A stretch of DNA of 49,581 bases from Welwitschia mirabilis (lineage: Eukaryota): assembly GCA_051453625.1 (NCBI GenBank), contig JBOZIK010000001.1, positions 26,527,180 to 26,576,760 of the forward strand, in the 5' to 3' direction. Of this stretch, positions 25,869-39,162 are shown piece by piece. Under the pieces are notes generated by a model. It searched no databases. It worked only from the letters and a program-made list of their open reading frames with translations, and was not told where the DNA came from. The position numbers were made by a program, and so were the translations under genes. Numbering within the stretch: the stretch's first letter is position 1; each line of letters opens with the position of its first letter.

Positions 25869-26327
25869 AGAAAACCCTATATTAATCATGGATTAGATCT
25901 TCTAGCTCCAAAACAATAGAAAAACATCTTGAAATGGCTAAAACTACTATGGAATAGTGCTATTTTAATCATTGTGATGGATAATAAATTTTACTCTTGA
26001 TTCACTAAAACTTACTAAATAAGCCTAAAACATATTCAAAAAATAATATTAAATATGGCTAATTTATCCTTATAACAATAAGCTCCCTATACACGGATGT
26101 GATACATTTGAACATCACTTTTATTTAGAATTTCATAGGTAGTCTAAGCATAAATCATATCTTTTCTATTTGTCCTAGTAGAAAACTAGGGATCCATATC
26201 TCAATATGTATTATTAAGTTTTTTACCTTTCATGTCAGATTTCCTATACTAAGTTAGTATCCATTTCATTAGTAAATGTAAAAAACAAAGAAGAAAAGGT
26301 CATTTCTGCTAATTAGCACTATCTTTA

Positions 26328-27827
26328 TGTTGTGATACTAAATTATATGTATTTGATTAGGTATTTGAAGTACTTTTGTAGGACATGTATATAGGTTTAA
26401 ATGGAGTTTTAATAATTATGAAAATTCAATGGGATTAGCATCAAAATGTGAAATCCTTCATACATTTTAAGTAATTTTGAATGAATTCTAATACTCAATA
26501 TTCTAAGAAGGATTCTCATGATTAAAGAGGATGATTTTCCCCTAGCTAAAAAACTTAGGAGGATGTTGTCATCATTACTTAAACAATATTACTAAATGAT
26601 AGCATATTAGAAGCTAATAAAAATGCTACTTAGACTAGAGCTAGAAGCTGATGTATTATCTTTTATGATGTGGCATCATCTCCATGATCGTTTGGATGAT
26701 AGTTAACATTTTTTTTATGTAACAGATGCACCTAACTTTTTAATGGGATCACATCCCTATTTAACATGTTAGGGTTTTTTTTTTTTTTTTTTTTAAGCTA
26801 TTAGGGTTTTATTTATAGAATCTTCCATGTCAAATTTATAAATGCTTCCTTGCCCTTATTTCTCAAATAATATTTTATATCTAAAAATCTTATAATAAGA
26901 GATCGAAGGGCAAAAGATCCATCCTAGCTATTGAGATAAGTATTCCTTGGTGTTGTGTTATGTATCCTCCATTGAGGTGCCACTATATTGNNNNNNNNNN
27001 NNNNNNNNNNNNNNNNNNNNNNNNNNNNNNNNNNNNNNNNNNNNNNNNNNNNNNNNNNNNNNNNNNNNNNNNNNNNNNNNNNNNNNNNNNCTTGCCCTTA
27101 TTTCTCAAATAATCTTTTATATCTAAAAATCTTAAAATGAGAGATCGAAGGGAAAGAGATCCATCCTAGCTATGGAGAGAAGTATTCCTTGGTATTGTGT
27201 TATGTATCCTCCATTGAGGTTCTATTATATTGTAGATGAATTCTTAATTTGATATTAATAAAATAGTTTCTTTATTTCCATTATGTGCATCTCCCTTATG
27301 GTTTATGTTGGTTTTAATTCTGTGATAGCTTTATAGTCGATATAAGTCATAAGGGTAACCTAAGATAAGTTGATATTATTAGTCTAGTACTTACATTTCA
27401 TTTCATCTTATATTTTCATAATTATAATAGTTTTATTTTGTTATCTTATATTTGATATACCTTATTACCTATGTTAATTAAGGTTTACTAATAGTATTTC
27501 TTAATTGATTTAGGTTTTGATAGTCAATTAGATCTATTACTCATAATTTTTTTTTTTTTTTTTTTTTTTTGCATCTCACTTATAAGAATTACATTAGCAT
27601 TCATCTTGCATTATATTTCTACATTATTATTATTTTATTTTCTTCAAATGAAAAAGATCAAAACTACTTTGTTAAAATTAGTTCTCTAACTTGTAGCCTA
27701 GTGGCTTTGATGGATTATGACATTTGGATTAACTCCTATCTATATTAGTATGTGTTTTATCTAAACATTTATGATTGACAAGAATTTGCTTAAATACCTA
27801 AGGATTGCATAAATATTTATCACAACA
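26328..27827 (+). repeat. 5' LTR, family B copy 2 (inflated by a gap and a duplicated overlap)
   Basis: Perfect terminal inverted repeat tgttgtg...cacaaca, followed by PBS ttttggtaccattagtgagg (27828-27847). Confidence 0.85.
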
Positions 27828-30300
27828 TTTTGGTACCATTAGTGAGGTAGGCTACAAGGAGTTAAAGGATTTTTTCTATAAGTACCTTAGATTTTAATTT
27901 ACGTTATTTTTTTTGAAGTAGCACTATATGTTTATTTTAGATTTCATAGCTTTATTTCCATAATTTTTAATTTTTATAATGTGATAAAGCTTTATCATCC
28001 CATTCATCATCTAGACAATGCAAGTAGATAACCAACTAAAACTAGGATTCTCATTTTCTTTTCTATGACATAGGTTTTCTTGTTTTTGATAGCCTTTGAT
28101 AGTGTAATAAAAATTGACATCATCTTCTCTATCATTTAGATGACTCAAGTAGATCACAATCATCCTTTCCTATTTATTTTTTCATAAATTACTTTTTTCT
28201 CTATTGTTATTATTTATTTTTAAGTAAGTTGTCATTTAGTAATATTTTCAAAATGGTGGTCAACAAGATGCTTGTGTATGCTTTTTTCCTTTTTTTATGA
28301 GTATGCAGGAACATACTGAATTTTAGTAAAAAGATGAAATATCAAAGGGAGCAGAGCTTGATCTTTATCTTATACTTATCTTTCCTATCATCTTAATTAA
28401 TTCTTCTTATTCCATCATTCTCATCTATTTCTATGAATAGTCATAAAAAACCCTTCAAGAAATATTATTTAAAAGGAGGATAAACTTGAGAATTAAAAGG
28501 ACTTTTGAGAAATTTTTGGAGAAAGGAGAAAAAAATTGAGAATTTCTAAGAAAAATGATTAAAGATCACCTTAAGGAATTTTTACAAAAAGAGAGTGCAC
28601 AATACCATATGATGTTAAGACTAGCAATTAAGCATGTTACTCTTTTCAACCTTCATAATTTTTTTCCTCTTCTTTTTAGGATTTCTATAGAATTAAAAAT
28701 TAAGGTTTTCAAAATTTTATGAATTATACCTTATTCAGAGAATATCCTATAACCATTTTAGTAGACCCTAATCATATCCCATGAATTACTATGAAGAAGA
28801 TTCATTTCCTATGAATTATAATGAAGAATAAGAAGACTTACTTCATGAGTTAATCAAAGAAATGAAGAAAATGTAATAAAATAACAATGAAAATTTATAA
28901 AGTTTGATTGGGGTCCTTCAAGAAACTATGTTACAAAATCAACTATCTTAAGGTTCTATTGCAATATAACATGCTCAAACCTATCCTACTCTTTCTACTA
29001 CCTTCTACCTTGATAAAAATAAGAAGAACTTTGGAACAAGTAGCAACAATTCTTGCTTTAAAATAGAAAATAAGATTTTGGATCAAATTACAACATTCCA
29101 CTCATTAGGAGATGGCCAAAATAAGGATAATAATGACTCAATTCAATTTTCCAATAATGAGGATGATAATGATTATACATTAGACAATGATATTGAGACA
29201 CTAAATTATATCCTAGAATATATTTACTACTAGAAAATCCAAATAAAATAAAGAAATCATTTCATGAAGAAAATAAAAATTTTTTAATCCATGATGAATA
29301 TAATAATTTCATTTCTCTTAATGACCTTTTTAATAAACCTAATCATTTGGATAATAATGACATGCAATAACGTAATGAAGAAAAGAAGGATAAGGAAGAA
29401 GATGATGAGCACATTTCTATTTATGATCTTTTTAATAAATCAAATAACTTGGAGAATGAGAATAATGCTCAACAAGAGAAGGAAGACATAGTTAAAGACA
29501 ATTATGAGGAAATTGAAGAAATAATTCAAAAAAGTAATTAAAAAGAAAACAATGAAGAAAAGCAACATAATGAAGGATCATTAGAGATTTAGTAAAACTT
29601 AAGAGGGATAGACTTGTAACAAATCAATTAAAAGATTCTATCCATGTTTCTCCATTTCTTTTATTTATGCTTCCATGTAAAACTTCAAATAACATCCTCC
29701 CTTCTACTTCCACTCCTACATAGCTTTGTGATCTTGATAATGTTAACATTTCTCCATTTCTTTCATTTAAACCTTCATGTAATTATTAAAGCCACATCCT
29801 TTTCCTTAATTTTTAATTTTGAAGATTTTATTCCTAATATCTCTTAAGTGCTTCCTCTTAGAACTCCATGTAAAACTCAAAGTAACATGCTTCCTCTCGT
29901 AGCATGTTCACTTTACCTTGTGCCTTTAATAATTACTCTTTTCAAAAGTATAACTTGAGATATCTTGGAATTTTAAATTAGGATAAATCTAATGTTTTTC
30001 AAATATAATAAGGCATAATTTTTAATACTTTCATCTAAATATAATAAAGAATGGGTCATTCTTTTTTCATATAATAGTTGATGATTTATGATCCTTATAT
30101 TTAAGTGGTATCTTATTTTTTATCATATAAGTTATGTTTTTTTACTAAGTATACTACTTAAGGAATAAACTTCATTTTATTTTTTTGAGGATAGATCCTT
30201 AATATAGTTGAAGTGTAAAGGTTTATTCCTAAGGGCATATTTTAAAGGAATCTTTTGTTTAAATATTTAATTAAGATTTTCATTATTGGTAAGGTTCTCT
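27828..30300 (+). mobile_element. Family B copy 2 internal region: UTR and decayed Asp/Glu/Asn-rich gag-like ORF with internal repeats; 3' end not resolved
   Basis: UTR homologous to 1200-1700 (minus) and 49035-49500. The acidic ORF remnant at ~28500-29900 is homologous to 2823-3600 (minus). Repeats of ~100 bp occur at 29291-29460 and 29645-29900. Confidence 0.6.
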
Positions 30301-30849
30301 TTTAATATTCTTGGAAATGATGGTTGAGAAGCTTATTCCTTTAATACTTTACTTAGAACAAAAGTGGATATATTTCTTTCTATAGAAGTGTCTACTTTGT
30401 CATGTTCTTTCTTAGTAGTTATTTATTTGTTTTTCTTTTGCTTTCTCACTTTCAATTTCATTAAAGTGTTATTCTCCTTCTTAAAATTTGGGTATTTGTT
30501 TCTACTTTCAAGTTATTTCTACTTTGATTATCACTGCCCTTACTTATTCCTAGGATGTATTAGTAGGATTTGATTCTTATTATAAAGTTAAACTTGATTT
30601 TAGCTTTTCCAAAAAGATTATCAACATTCTTTTTATATTTCTTACTTTTTCATTCATCAAATCCATCTATTATTTTGCTATATTTCGTACCTTTTTATTC
30701 ATTAAATCCATCTACTATTTTACTCTTTCATTATGATTTATCATTGATAGAATTATTTAAACCTTAAATTGTTATTGTTTTGATAGATTTTTCATAGATA
30801 CAAAGGCCAAGCCAATATTAATTAGATTAATATTAAGATCTTTTTGGAT

Positions 30850-31500
30850 AATTTTGATTTCCTAGCCATGGTATTGTTTGGGTGTTTGAATAGCTCTATT
30901 ATGACAAAGTAGTTGTAGTTGAATTTGTTGAAGGAGAATTACTTTAAAATTTTGGTACCATTTCCTTAATATCACCTGTCACATATTACTAAGCTTCATA
31001 AACTTAACTATTATGTCTTACATTTTCAAAAATAAAACATGTCTCCATATTTTCATAAGTTTCAAGGTAAATCTAAGTTGTATTTTATTAAATAAATAGA
31101 GGTGTTAGTGGAACTTATGGTGTTCTTGATTTTATGGTATCTATTAATAGGATTGCTTATGTAGGATGTAAGTACTTTACACTTAAGTGATATTTAGAAT
31201 TAATTGTTATTAATGGATGATGCCTTCCTTAGCTTTTACATTAAATTTTTAAGTTTTTTAACTATTACCACTTATTCTTTTGCAAGGCTTGCATGTTTAG
31301 TTGGTTTTATTAGTAATCTTTTACTTTGATCTATTAATTTTATTAAAATATTATTTGTAATTATTATTGACTATATTACCTTCTACTACAAAACATATAT
31401 ATTTTTTACATGCCTGTCTATTTCTTTAATAAAAATTTAAAGTAACTAATGTAATGGAAACTCATGATAATGGTTTTTTTATGGTAACCTAGAAATCCTC
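30850..31500 (+). pseudogene. Possible Athila-type extra ORF remnant (PF20167-like)
   Basis: GIVWVFE*LYYDKVVVVEFVEG resembles the GW..F...Y..LV.EFY motif. The match is short and degenerate. Confidence 0.25.
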
Positions 31501-34500
31501 TTATAATATTCCTCCTAATCTTATTTTTCTTTTTGTTTCAAAATTATTAGTTCCTTTATTAGACTATACAACTTATCATAAAAAATGAATTTCCTCATAA
31601 AGTCATTCTTAAATTCATTCCAAAACTTAATTGAATTTTGTGAAGTTTGTAATTAAAAGTTTGCCTTATTCTTTAAAGTATTCCTAAAACATATCACTTT
31701 GGTTTTGTCAATAGTTGTAGATGCTAAAAGTTCATCATGTTTTTAAAGTAAACTAGATGTATCATTAGAGCCTTATCATCTATGCCATTGAATAAGGGTA
31801 AGACTTGTACAATTCTAACCTCAGCCTCTAGTGTAGCTGGAAAATCTAAAGGCCCATCATAAATTTTTGCATATTGGAAGTTGATGTCCTTAAATATTTA
31901 TTTAGGTTAAACTATGTCATTCATAGTTGATAGCTCAAATTTTTTAAAATAAACTTGATTTACTAGAGGATTTCTAGTTTGATTTGATTGCAAGATCTAT
32001 GGAATCATCATTTATCCTAAATAGGTTTAAATTATAATCCTTNNNNNNNNNNGCTGATTTATAGGGTCTTTTTATGCTAGAGAGGTAGGATTGTAGTTAG
32101 TACTAATAATGGATTACATTAATTGCAATTGGGATGTGCCTATGATTGTCATATCTTGATATGCCTGAGTGGTAGGTTAACTCTAATTTTTTTCAACATA
32201 AAACTTAAACAAGATATCATGAATCTTATTAATGAAAATATAGATGTAGTTATATGATGTAAATTTGTATTTAAGGAAATAATTTGATCATTTTCTAAAT
32301 TAGGTAAAGTATAAATATTTGCTATTATGAATCTAGATATTTACATTAATTTACATTTAAAAAATAAATTTAATTATTTTCTAGATTAGTTTATCATTTA
32401 CTATCATGAATCTAAAGCATTTATTCTACTTTTGTATTATTTACTTCTAATTGAAATAAATAGTTTGCATTTCATTTTTCAACTTAACTAAGATTGTGTT
32501 GATTCCTTGTATTTGCTTAGTTATTAGGATTAAAGGCTATTACATAATTATTAGCATTCCTAATTATTGTTTATGTGATGTTGGATCATACATTTATTTC
32601 ATTTTACTCCTCCTTCCTAATTCAAGTTCATTGATTTTCATCATAAAATATGGTCCTACTGGTGGATAAGATGAATATGCTAGTTGGTTGGAATTGGTTG
32701 TATATAATATATTTTCTATGAGATTTTCATTTTTAATTACTTCCTTTGCAGTTGTTAAACTATTTCATGATTATATACTGATATTTATTGGAAAGTTTTA
32801 TAAGCCTAATAAGAATTAGGTTTGAAGTGAAGTAGGCTATAACGAATCCTTCACTGGATGAAATTTTGCCTTAGATAAATGTCTCTTATAAAATCATAAA
32901 GGTATTAAAAAGGATTGATGTCTTTTATAAACTCTTCTCTAGGTTAATAATGAACTTAATACTTCTTTAAATATTTGTAAGATAAATGAGTCCTTTAGTT
33001 GGATTATATCTAGTAGAGTTTTCTTTTTTAATTAAAAATTCTTATTATATTTAAATAAGAATTCTTTTTTATTTTCTAGTTTCAAGACAGTTTTGTTAAT
33101 CTTTTCTTTATTTCTTAGCTATTATTGTGAAGCGATGGTTTTTGTAGAATTGTCTTCATTTAACAAACTAGTCTAAACTTATGAAAGTTTTTTAGTTATA
33201 TCTTCTTAATCTAAATATTTGAGGTTAGTTATTTCTTTATGGAGTTAAGGATTGAATAACAAATACTATTAATGACAAGAGGATGAATTCATAATTCATG
33301 TAGGTTATGCACTATCCTTCCCTCTGTCTCTACCTTACTTAAACAACTTAGATGATGTCTTAGGATTTACTAATCAAAATTCAACTTAAAATGAAATGAT
33401 GAATTTCTAAATTTAAGCATGTATTATTATTAAATTTAAAATTAGAAATTCTTTGTAATTCATAGTTCAAAAAGGAAAAAATAAGGGGAAAAAATTTAAA
33501 TTCTCTTGAGTCTAAAGAAATCAAACAAATTCTTCCAGAAAAAATATTTTTTAGCTAAAACATTTTTGAATGAAAATAAAATATTTAAAAAATAGAAATC
33601 CAAAATCTTTTCAAGGTAAAAATTATTTAAAAAAGTAAACTAATCCTTTCTATGAAATGAATGTACTCTTTCTATTCTATAAAATGAAATTTACTTTGAA
33701 AAGTAATGATTTATTGAAAATAGTAATAATTTTCCTAATTCTAATTCAAATTTTAAATTGTTTTTTATGTAATTAAAGCATTTAGGATACTTACTTGGAT
33801 CTTGACATTTAATGCATTGATCACATCCATAAGGCTCCAAAATGTCATTCTTGAATCTCATCTTGACTTAATTATCTAATATTTTTTCATAATGTACCTT
33901 ATAACAAAAGAAAGATATGAATATCTTATTGATCTTTTATTATAAACTCAAAAATAAATAAAATAAATTATAAAATAACTAAAAATAGCTTCAAAAAGAA
34001 ATATGATGAAATAAATATTTTTTAAAAAACTACAAAAAGAAATTACATAAAATACAATTGAAATAGGAAATTCTAAGAAACTCAACCTATTATATCCTAG
34101 AAAGCTTTTGGATGTGAATTCAAGATAACAGAATCAAGGATCGAGTAATCACATATTTCTAATTTCTTTTTCAAATTGATAAATCAAATAACTTAAATTT
34201 TAAATAAATTTATCTATAAAAATGAAAATAAAAAATAATTACTTAACTTCCTTTAATATGCACATAGAAAATATAAATGATATCAATTCTATAATGATAA
34301 TTATTTATAACCATATCAATCAGGCATTTACGTATAATGGAATTGCTTATAAATTATTTCTTCAATGAATACATGAATGGATCACATAATATATAGTAAA
34401 AGATAAATAATAATTTATACTAATAAGCATGTCACCCAGCAAACTAGTTATATGCATATAAAGATAACATAAAAATAAGAAATAATAAATATAAGGTATA

Positions 34501-37500
34501 AAATTCTGAGTAAAATAAACTTGTACATCAAACTATAATTCTTGAATCTATATTTAACTACAATAAAAAAAATAATACTAAAAACAAAACATAAATTAAA
34601 TAAACTAAATTAAAATGCCTATATTAGATGCATTTTAATAGCATTCCAGTAAGAAAGCCTCAAATGAAGTGCATGCAATGGAATCAAATTAAAAAAGTAG
34701 TAAAAACTCTTTCAAACTGATCTTTATTAAAAATTAAAAAATAAGTACAAAAAGAATTAAATGTATTTTATGATTTAAGGAAAATCATTAAATCTTTCTT
34801 CAAATAATAAGGATTACATCTATAATGAATATCAACAAGGAATTTTGAGCAAAGTGCAATAGAATTGGTATCAATCTAAATAATATTAGGAAGTATTTGA
34901 AATGAATATTAACTTAACATTACTTATTTCTTTAAATCCTTGTTATTTACTTAAAATTACCTATTTTAATGTCCATGGCTCATTTCTAACACATAATAGA
35001 TCTTTAATATTTATCATAGATCCATCAAATTAGTTAAAACCATTATCATAGAGTGATATCCCTCCATATCTAACTATTGCTATAGACTTGTTTTCATCGT
35101 AGAGTGACATTATAATAATTGAATTTAGTATTAAGGATTATCAATAGTTAATGGTTCTTCTTGTCATAGATGAAGAGATTGTTGATAATAGTTGATAACT
35201 CCTTCATGTGGTTTTATTATTTATTATCCTTACAAAATAAATTTTTTTAGGTCATTTACTACCTAGTAATAACATAGATGTATTGTATCATAATGTTCAC
35301 TACTAAACTATAATGCAATTATAATCACTTCATGTTGAATAATTATTATCACTAACTTATCATTAAGTGATAATAGTTTTAAATGAAATTTATTTATTAT
35401 TTTATGAATAGCTTGTAAGTCTTATTGTCAAACTTATTAATGGGTTATAAGTCTTATCCACTAGATTTATTGCTAATCTATAAGATTCCTTCATTGTTTT
35501 CTCCTTTTCATCACTAAGTGATAATGGTTTTGAACTAAATTAATTGTAAATTTATTCTTTAATGATATAATCCTACTATAATGTAACAATTCTGCATAAC
35601 TCGTAAATATTCAATCATTTTTATAAGATTATTATTACATGATGACCTTATCAATAAATAAAAAACAAAAGAGAGAAGTAGAGAGATAATTTGTTCCTTA
35701 AAATTCATTTTTCTATTATTATACACTTAAAATATTAGTGATGCTTAACATTTATTTTTTAAAAGATATTATACTTTTAAAGCTTAAAATTCATGATGTA
35801 ACACATGTTTATTCCAATATTTTGTTATGTCACTAGTAACCTATAACTATGTTTTATTAAGCTATTTTTTAAGCATTTTGTTATTTATATACATTTGTAT
35901 TAGCTTAGATTTTTTTTATTGCAAGCATCTTGCATTTGCATCTATATTTTTTAAATTTTTAAAAGAAGTTAATTTGAATATTTTCTTTCTCCTTCTTTAT
36001 ATTTTTAATTTCTTATTAAATTTATTCATTTCATTATTCAAGAACTTTTACATTTTCTTCATTTAGTTTTTCTTCTACTTTCTCTTTAATTTATTGATCT
36101 TTAGTTCATAAGAATAATATAAAATTGCTACAATTCTTATATTACTAACATTTCCAAAAAAATTATTATTATTTATGTGTTTGACATCATCTAATTCTTC
36201 CATCCATGAATATGCTAATTCTTGTAGAACTATTTTATCATCTTTTTCCACAAAATATTCTTCTGCTTTACTATATATTATAGGGTTATTGGTAAACTTT
36301 CATAGAAATATGCTAGTAGTAATATGAGAAAGATAATCATATGTATAATATCTATATTTCACTTACTATAACAAGATGGGTATGATTTGCTTGAGCTTTA
36401 TCATAAATTCTACTTATCTTTCTTGAGTATAAAAATGGGGATCCATCCTAGATGTTGTGAAAAAACATTAGTTTGAATTTTTTGGTATTTTATTAATGGT
36501 CCTTTTTTTGAGGTACTTTTATTATTCTTTAAGTAGTACTATAGCTATTTTGGTAGGCTATCTAAACAAAACATGTTCATGTTCTAATGGTAATTCTAAT
36601 TCTTTATAGATTGATGGTGATAAACCATTAGATAAAATAGCTTTTTTAATAGTATTTTTTCTTATTTATCTTTATTATCTTCATCAAACTAATATATTAT
36701 TATGAAAAGAACTTTAGAAAAGTTTTTTATGAAGTAAAAATTTTACCTCTAATGGTTTATAGTGGTTTAGCATTTAGAATCAAATTCCTGTGTGTAAGAA
36801 AGATTGGAAGTCTAGTTTATAGTTGCTATGTTTGGTATCTTTCCTTAGAAAATAATTTGTTTCAATAAAACTAAAATATAGTATAATATTATAACATGAT
36901 AAAAGGATCCTTTATTGTTGTAATTACTTCATCTATTAAATTCACAAAGTGAGATGAGGTTTCTATGTTTGAATGAAACAAGTAAAATAAATTCTTTGTT
37001 AACTTATGTATGACAAAGTGATAGAAGGCTGTCATTTCTTAAGGCATAATTCATAAAAAAAATAAAATATCCCTTAAATTTACAATGTGTTTTAATTCAT
37101 GAAATACCTGTTTATAAAAAATTAAAGGAACATATACCTTACCTTGTTATTGTCATAGAAAAACTTCATCTTTGTCTTCTGTAACTTTACATCATGTAGT
37201 ATTTGATCATAGGGATAAAAAAAAGATAAAATAAATTTAGAGTTATTCTATATTTTGTAAAAACAAATTCCTTCTATACAATAATGAATTCATTTGAATA
37301 TGTACTTAACTAAAATAGTAGTTATATTTTTATAAGTTTTTTAAGATAAGTATTTAATAAAGTTGATTCAAGCTTACTTTTTTTAATATTTTTATTTTCT
37401 ATGACATTCATATGAAACACAAATTTAGTGCAACATGTTTACTAAAAATAAAATTGGGATGGAGGATGAATTTTCCTTAATACTTTTTATACATCAAAAT

Positions 37501-37804
37501 AAACCTTAATGGGATCACATAACTTCAAATCATATGTTTCTAAATCATTAATGTTACTCATGATTCCCTTAGTTTTCATAATTTTATAAACTATAAATCA
37601 AAACAAAACAAAGAATCAAAATAAGATTGAAAAATAGAATATCTTTGAAATAAGTAACACAAGTGATAGCTGATTTATACATTAGAAGAGGAAAGCATAG
37701 AAGCATGCCACTTTAATATTGTATAGATTCTTCTTCTTTGTAGTAGAAAAAGATGAAATAACAATTTTCTTTTGACAGTTTCATAGAGTTATATTTCCTG
37801 AAAA

Positions 37805-39162
37805 TATATTTTTTATAGTATAGATGAATGGAAATAAACTAGATAAGCATCCAATGTCATTCTTTCATAGGGATAATTAAGGTAGATCTTAATAAAATCA
37901 ACATAACATGATGAACTCAAAACAAAGAAAAAACTTAAGTGTTAAGATTTTGATGAACTTTGATAATTAAAGTAGGAAAATAAATGAGATATAAGGTATA
38001 GCTTGACTTGTCCAACAACATACCTTTACTCCAATGATATTCTATAATTTCTTGAAATAAAACTCAAATTATCAATTCATGATGGATCAGGTTGTGGTGA
38101 GATAATCTTATTTGCCACATAAGTGTTAATAAATTTAATAGTCACTTTGATTCTTCATAATCCCTTCTATGCATAGAAAGTAAGGACTAATGTACTCAAA
38201 ATCCATCAAATAAAAGTGATTGTAACTGATAAGCTAACTTTAAGAATTTACTTTATTATCAAAAGAACTTGATAATGTAGTTAATTATTACAATTTTAAG
38301 GATACTTATAACTCAAAATTAGAAGTGCATAAGTACTGTTGCATTGAAACTAGAAAATAAATTACATTAAAGGAAGAAAACAAATCTAACATATACTCTT
38401 CAGACTAGCTTAAGAGCAAGTCCACTTCCAAAGGAGGTTCTTAAAAGGCCACATGAATTAGTGATGCTCTAAGGTATTACACTACTTTTGCCAACCAAAT
38501 ATCTTTACAAATGAGTTCTTAAGGCCCTTTTTATAGGTGAGGGAACGGTTGATGAAGTTAGAAGCCTTTTTCACTTATAGCAGTTAATGGTGGTTACAAT
38601 CTAAACGATCACATTTTTGGCGGTTATATTTTTTGCCATGTAGTCTTAGGTAGGCTCTTCGTTTTCTTATGAAAATGGTTATGGAAGCCCTTTGGATCAT
38701 GATGTTTTTACCTTTTGATATTATTGTCATTTATCTCTAACATCGTCACACATGTTACTACCACATGTTAATGCCACATGTTACTTACACTAGCATCATG
38801 TGTCTTAAAGTTATTAGTTATTTTTTATGTGATAACTAATTAAGCCCATAACTACAATTTGATCATTTTTCCATGATATTTTTAGAATGTACCTTTTACA
38901 CTAATTTTCCCTAAAGAACTAGTGACATCTATATCCTAGATGGTGGCACTAGAATTTTTTACTCAATGATCTTCAACTTTTAATATGTCCTTCAGAATGG
39001 GGTAAATAATCTAAAATTATCATGAAAAGTGAATACATTTACAAATAATGTTAAAAAGGGTTGAAGACATAATTTTATGATAAAGTGGCTATTTTAATAT
39101 CTTCACATAAGCTAAATTAGTTAACTAAACTTTTTCTGAATTTTATTTTTCGCATGTTAATA
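37805..39162 (-). repeat. Solo LTR related to family A (more diverged subfamily)
   Basis: Reverse complement starts tattaacatgcgaaaaataaaattc and shares ctagtgcca(c/t)catctagga and aattatccctatgaaagaat with 10787-12142. Length is the same (~1.36 kb). No clear PBS or PPT alongside, and the TSD is unclear. Confidence 0.75.

Larger units (their letters stand above)
4210..26080 (-). repeat. 5' LTR of the older Athila-like element, split by the SIRE insertion (parts 4210-5542 and ~25874-26080)
   Basis: tattg at 4210 abuts the PBS, and caata at 26076-26080 is the matching decayed TG..CA terminus. A TATA box ctataaatacccc lies on the minus strand near 4857-4869. The SIRE TSD candidate joins the two parts. 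The right boundary is less secure. Confidence 0.45.

Noticed and set aside
26769..26812. ttagggttt words as interstitial telomeric repeats
   Set aside because: Only two isolated words around a poly-T run inside an LTR, with no tandem TTTAGGG array.
26849..27232. ~140-bp duplication within the family B LTR
   Set aside because: It flanks a 100-N gap and is absent from the other LTR copies, so it is an assembly overlap. The short overlaps at the 5392-5491 and 24748-24847 gaps have the same explanation.
30637..30728. ~46-bp tandem duplication (aaatccatcta.tatttt)
   Set aside because: Real but only two copies, so it is ordinary slippage.
29291..36066. Hydrophobic Phe/Leu/Ile-rich ORFs in the track as small membrane proteins
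   Set aside because: Expected by chance in T-rich DNA. Several are off-frame or antisense to decayed element ORFs.
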